Part shown: positions 59,930 to 64,000 of the stretch, piece after piece
How the letters are laid out: each line of letters begins with the position of its first letter
How positions within the stretch are numbered: position 1 is the stretch's first letter
NCBI GenBank assembly: GCA_014905635.1
Contig: JABVCE010000011.1
Span: forward strand, 124,001-188,000
Length of the DNA stretch: 64,000 nucleotides
Direction of reading: 5' to 3'
Source: Scenedesmus sp. PABB004
Taxonomy: Eukaryota
Translations under genes and position numbers: made by a program
The notes under the pieces: model-generated
What the model saw: the letters and a program-made list of their open reading frames with translations, nothing else
Database searches by the model: none
Told to the model about the DNA's origin: nothing

Positions 59930-62354
59930 ATGGCGGGCGCCGCCCGGGAGCGGCGGGCGCCCGCCGGCGTGATCGCCGCCGCGCTGCTGCTCGCGGGCGC
60001 CGCCGCCGCCGCCAGCAGCGGCGCGGAGCGGCCGAGCTGGCCGGCGCTCGACGGCGCGGGCAACAACGACGCCCACGCGGACTGGGGGTGAGGGAGGGGC
60101 ACCTCAGTCGCGCGGGCGGTGCCGGCCCGCGCCGGCCGCGGGCGGGGCCTCTCACCCGGCGCTGCGCGCCGCGCTGCCGCCCGCCGCAGCGCCGCGCGGA
60201 CGCCGTTTGTGCGCCTGCAGGTCCCGGTCGCCGCGTACGGCGCCGGCGACGCCATGGCGGTGCGGCGCCGCCCTCCCGCGGCCTCCCACGCGCCCGCGCG
60301 CGCCGGAGCGGGCGGGCCCGACCGCCGCCGCCGCCGCGCGCCCGCTCGGCAGGGCGCGAACCGGCCGTCCGCGCGCGCGGTGAGCCTGGCGCTGACCAAC
60401 TCGCCCTACTTCAAGGCCGCGTCCGCCTACAACACCAGCTTCCTGCTCAGCGCGCTGGGGCAGCTCATCAGTGAGCGCGCCGAGCCCCGCGCCCCGAGCT
60501 CCGCGCGCCGAGCCGCGCACGCTGAGCCGCGCGGCAAGCAGCACGCGCCGCCCGGCACACGGCACGCAGCACGCCGATACCGCGCGCTTCCGCCGCTGCC
60601 GCGACGCGCCCCCAGCCCAGGACGTGTCGCGCGTCGTCACCGACCCGGGCGGCAACGGCGGCGCCGCGCCCATCCCCGTGCCGCCGGGTGACCCGCTCTT
60701 CGCCGCGTTCGGCCCCCAGCAGGCGCCGCTCGCGCAGGGCGGCCGCGCGGCGCTGCCGTTCACGCGCACCAGCTTTGTGCGGTGCGCGCGCGCCTACGCT
60801 GCGGGCGGGGCCGGGCAGGGGGGGGGCGCCGGGGGCTGCCCCGCCCGCCCGCGCAAACTGCGGTGCCGGCCGCCGCCCCCTGACGCCGCGCGCGTGCCCT
60901 GCGCGCCGGCGCCCGCGCCCCCCCCCCCCCCCTGCGCGCAGCACCGCGCCGGGCGGCGCGCGGCAGCCGCTCAACGGCGCCACGGCGTTCCTGGACGCCA
61001 GCGTCCTGTACGGCGACGGCGACGCCAACGTCAGCCGCGCCATCCGCTCCGGTGCGCGCCGCGCCGCGCAGCACACAGCACACAGCACACACCGCACAGC
61101 ACCGCGCCGGGGAAGCAAGCGGGCCCCTCGTGCGCGCCGCGTCCTCCCACAGCGCCGCTTGCGCACGCGCGCACCGCCGCCGCTGCCGCGCCGCCGCCGC
61201 TGCACCCGCCGTGCCGCCGCACTGCAGGGACGGGCGGCATGCTGCTGGACGATGGCGAGCGCGGGCTGCCGCTCAACGCCGACCCCCGCAGCGGCGCGCC
61301 GCTGCTGCCGATGAAGAACCACGCCGGCCGCGTGCCGGCGACGCAGCTGCGGTGCGCGCCGCGCCGCGCGCCGGGGCGCGCGGGCGAGCGCCCGCTCGCC
61401 GCATGCCGCGCGGCGGGGCGCGCCGGCGGCAGCGGGCGCCCGCGCCGACCTGCCCTGCGCCGTGCGCCGCCGCCCTGTGGCTGGATGACCTAAACCCCGG
61501 GCCGGGGCGCCGCCCTCAACCCCAAAACCCTGCAGGATGTCTGGCAACCTCAACGTCAACCAGAACGCCTTCCCGCTCGTGCTCGGCACGCTGCTGCTGC
61601 GCGAGCACAACCGCCGCGCCGTCGCGGCGGGCGCGGCGCACCCGGAGTGGGAGGACGAGCGCCTGTTCCAGGAGGCCCGGCGGTGCGCCGCCCGGGAGCT
61701 CTCGCCGCCTCGCGCGCGGCCGGCCGCGCCCGCGCCCGCAGCCCGCCTGCCACCCCACGCCAACGCGCCGCGCGCGCCGCCCCACGCGCCACGCGTCACA
61801 CGCCGCCCTGTGGCGCCGGCCAGGTGGGTCATCGCCCACTTCCAGCGCGTCGCGCTCGTGGACTACATGGCCGCGCTGGGCATCCCGCTGCCGGCGTACG
61901 CGGGGTACAACGCCAGCCTGAACCCCGGCATCGACATCTTCTTCTCCACAGCGGCATACCGCTACGGTGCGGCGCGCGGCGCGGCGCGGCGCGGCGCGCG
62001 CGGCGTGCACGCCGTGCGCTTCGGCAGGGCCCGGCGGCCAGCGCGGCGCGCGGAGGCTGGGCCGGTGCAGGAGCCGAGCGGCCGCCGCCGCCGCCGCCGC
62101 CGACCATCCGGGGCGCGCGGGGTCGCGCCGGCGGCCTGCTGTCGCAGGACACGCGACTATTGGGGACGTGCTTCTCCGCCTCGGCGAGGACTGGGGCGAG
62201 CACCCGGCGGGGCACATGCTGGTGAGCGAGACCTACTACAACCCTGGGCCCACGCTGGTCGGTGGCGTCGAGCCCATCCTGCGCGGCCTCATCGCGGCGC
62301 CGCAGGCGCAGGTCGAGGCGCGGTGAGCCGCCGGCCGCGGGCGCGGGCGCACTC

Positions 62355-62397
<43 letters not shown>

Positions 62398-64000
62398 TCG
62401 CGCGCGCATGGCGTGACGCGCCGCGCACGCTCGGTCGCCACACGCGCGCAGCTGGGCGCTGTCGGTCGCTGGCAACCTCATGGGCGCGTCGACCGTCAAC
62501 GGCACCGACCTCGCTGCCATCAACATCCAGCGCGGCCGCGACCATGGCCTGCCAGACTACAACACCTGCAGGCGCGCGCCCGCGTGTGTGCTTGCGCGCG
62601 CGCGCACAAGCGCAACGCCCACGGCGGCGACCGCCCGCCGCCCGCGGGCGGGGCGGCGCCCGCGAGCCAGTGCCCTGGCCAGCGCCGGCGCCACGCGGCC
62701 GACGCGGCCGACGCGCCGCCGCCGGGGCACGGGCATTCGCCAGGCGGCTCATGGGCCTCGCGCCGGCCAAGGACTTTTCCGACATCACGCCCGACCGCGC
62801 GCTCGCGCGCACGCTGGAGGACCTGTACGGCAGCGTGGGCAACGTGGACGCGTACGTCGGCGGCCTCGCGGAGCCCCACGTCCCCGGCGCGCACGTCGGC
62901 CCCCTCTTCCACGCCTCCATACGCGACCAGTTCCTCCGGTGAGCCGCGCCGCGCTGTCGCCGCGCTGTGCTGTCGCCGCGGCGGCTGGCCGCGCCGCGCC
63001 GCGCACGGGGCGGTGCCCTGGCCGGCGGGCCGGCGTTTTCTGACCCGCGCGCCGCACACGCCGCACGCGCCGCGCCGCACACGCCGCCGCCAGGCTGCGT
63101 GAGGGTGACTTCTGGCACTATGAGAACGCGGCGGCCAACGGGCTCTTCACGCCGGCCGAGGTCGACGAGATCCGCAGCACGAGTGCGCGCGCGCGCCGCG
63201 CCGCCGGGCGCCGGCGGGCGCCAGGGACGCCGGCGGGCGCGGCCGCGGCGCCGCGCCGGCGGGCGAAGCTGCTGCTGACCCGCGCGCTTGCGCCCGCGCG
63301 CCCGCGCGGGCCAGGCCTGCGTGACATCATCGCCCGCAATACCAACATCACCGGCCTGCCGGAGGACATCTGGGTCGCGAGCACCTTTGCGACTGGGGCG
63401 GGCGCCTGCAGCGCGCCCGGCGGCGCCGGCGGCGGCGGCAAGCGCCTGCTCGCGCGCCCGCTGCAGGTGCGGCGCGGCGCTGCGCGTCGCGCGCGCAACG
63501 GCCCCGCGCGTGCGCGAGCGCCGCGCGCGCCGTGCGCCGCGGCGCGCAGGGCGACGCCGAGGTGGAGGTCACGCCCGCTACCGAGGACGGCTGGCTGCGC
63601 GTGCGCGTCGCCGCCGCGGGGGCGGGCTGGCTGGGGTTTGGCGTCGCCGCGCCAGGTGGGCGCAGCGGCGCCGGACGGGCCCCGCCCCTGCCACGGGAGC
63701 GGGGCGCCGCGGCCGGGCCACGCGCCCGCGCGGGGCACGCCCCCAGGTCCGCCCGCGCCGCCCCGCGCAGGCGCGGTCGCGCCGATGATCGGCGCCGACA
63801 TGGTCGTCGGCCGCATGGTCAACGGCGCGCCGCAGGTTTGACCGCCCGCGCGCCCGCGTGCCTGCCGCCGCTGCGGCGGTGTCACGCCTCGAGCCCCCGG
63901 CGTTGAGCGCAGCGCGCGCCCGCTCGCCCGCCCCCGCCACGGCTCTCCCCAAACCCAGGTGGCGCGGTTCCACGCGACCGACCACGTGCCGCCCCAGGCG
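59930..64000 (+). CDS. Secreted peroxidase-cyclooxygenase-superfamily (animal heme peroxidase fold) protein fused to a DOMON domain; 3'-truncated by the window
   Basis: Signal peptide; LDGAGNN..WG; RPSARAVS; NGATAFLDASVLYG; LLREHNR; DERLFQEARR; AAYRYGH; DLAAINIQRGRDHGLPDYN; DAYVGGLAE; QFLRLREGD; then DOMON-like GWLGFGVA..PMIGADMVVG. Confidence 0.9.

Overview
Extremely GC-rich, intron-dense eukaryotic nuclear DNA. It is most likely from a chlorophycean green alga, an inference from the C-terminally extended mitochondrial ATP synthase beta subunit, a plastid OMT/DiT1 transporter, TGTAA poly(A) signals and TTTAGGG-like motifs. About 16 spliced protein genes can be reconstructed by hand: ATP2, a tandem CCCH zinc-finger protein, a receptor-like kinase, a TPR-RING-LON protein, a histidine phosphatase, anthranilate synthase beta, a ZNF598/Hel2-like ligase, ATP23, OMT1, three related type II membrane proteins, a small hypothetical ORF, a CsgA-like SDR, a U-box protein and a peroxidase-DOMON protein. 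Most long ORFs in the supplied track are high-GC artefacts. The most unusual signals are: (1) a three-gene cluster in which a TM+SEA-like+CBM10-like protein is followed by two paralogues carrying complementary halves of its ectodomain and sharing a recently duplicated ~400-bp upstream region; (2) a secreted heme-peroxidase-fold protein lacking both distal catalytic residues and fused to a DOMON domain; (3) an apparent Hel2/ZNF598 + NFX1/Fap1 C-terminal (R3H) fusion; (4) very frequent GC-AG introns with polarised G-rich/C-rich and telomere-like motifs. All gene models are manual. Several very GC-rich exons show single-base frameshifts that may be assembly errors.
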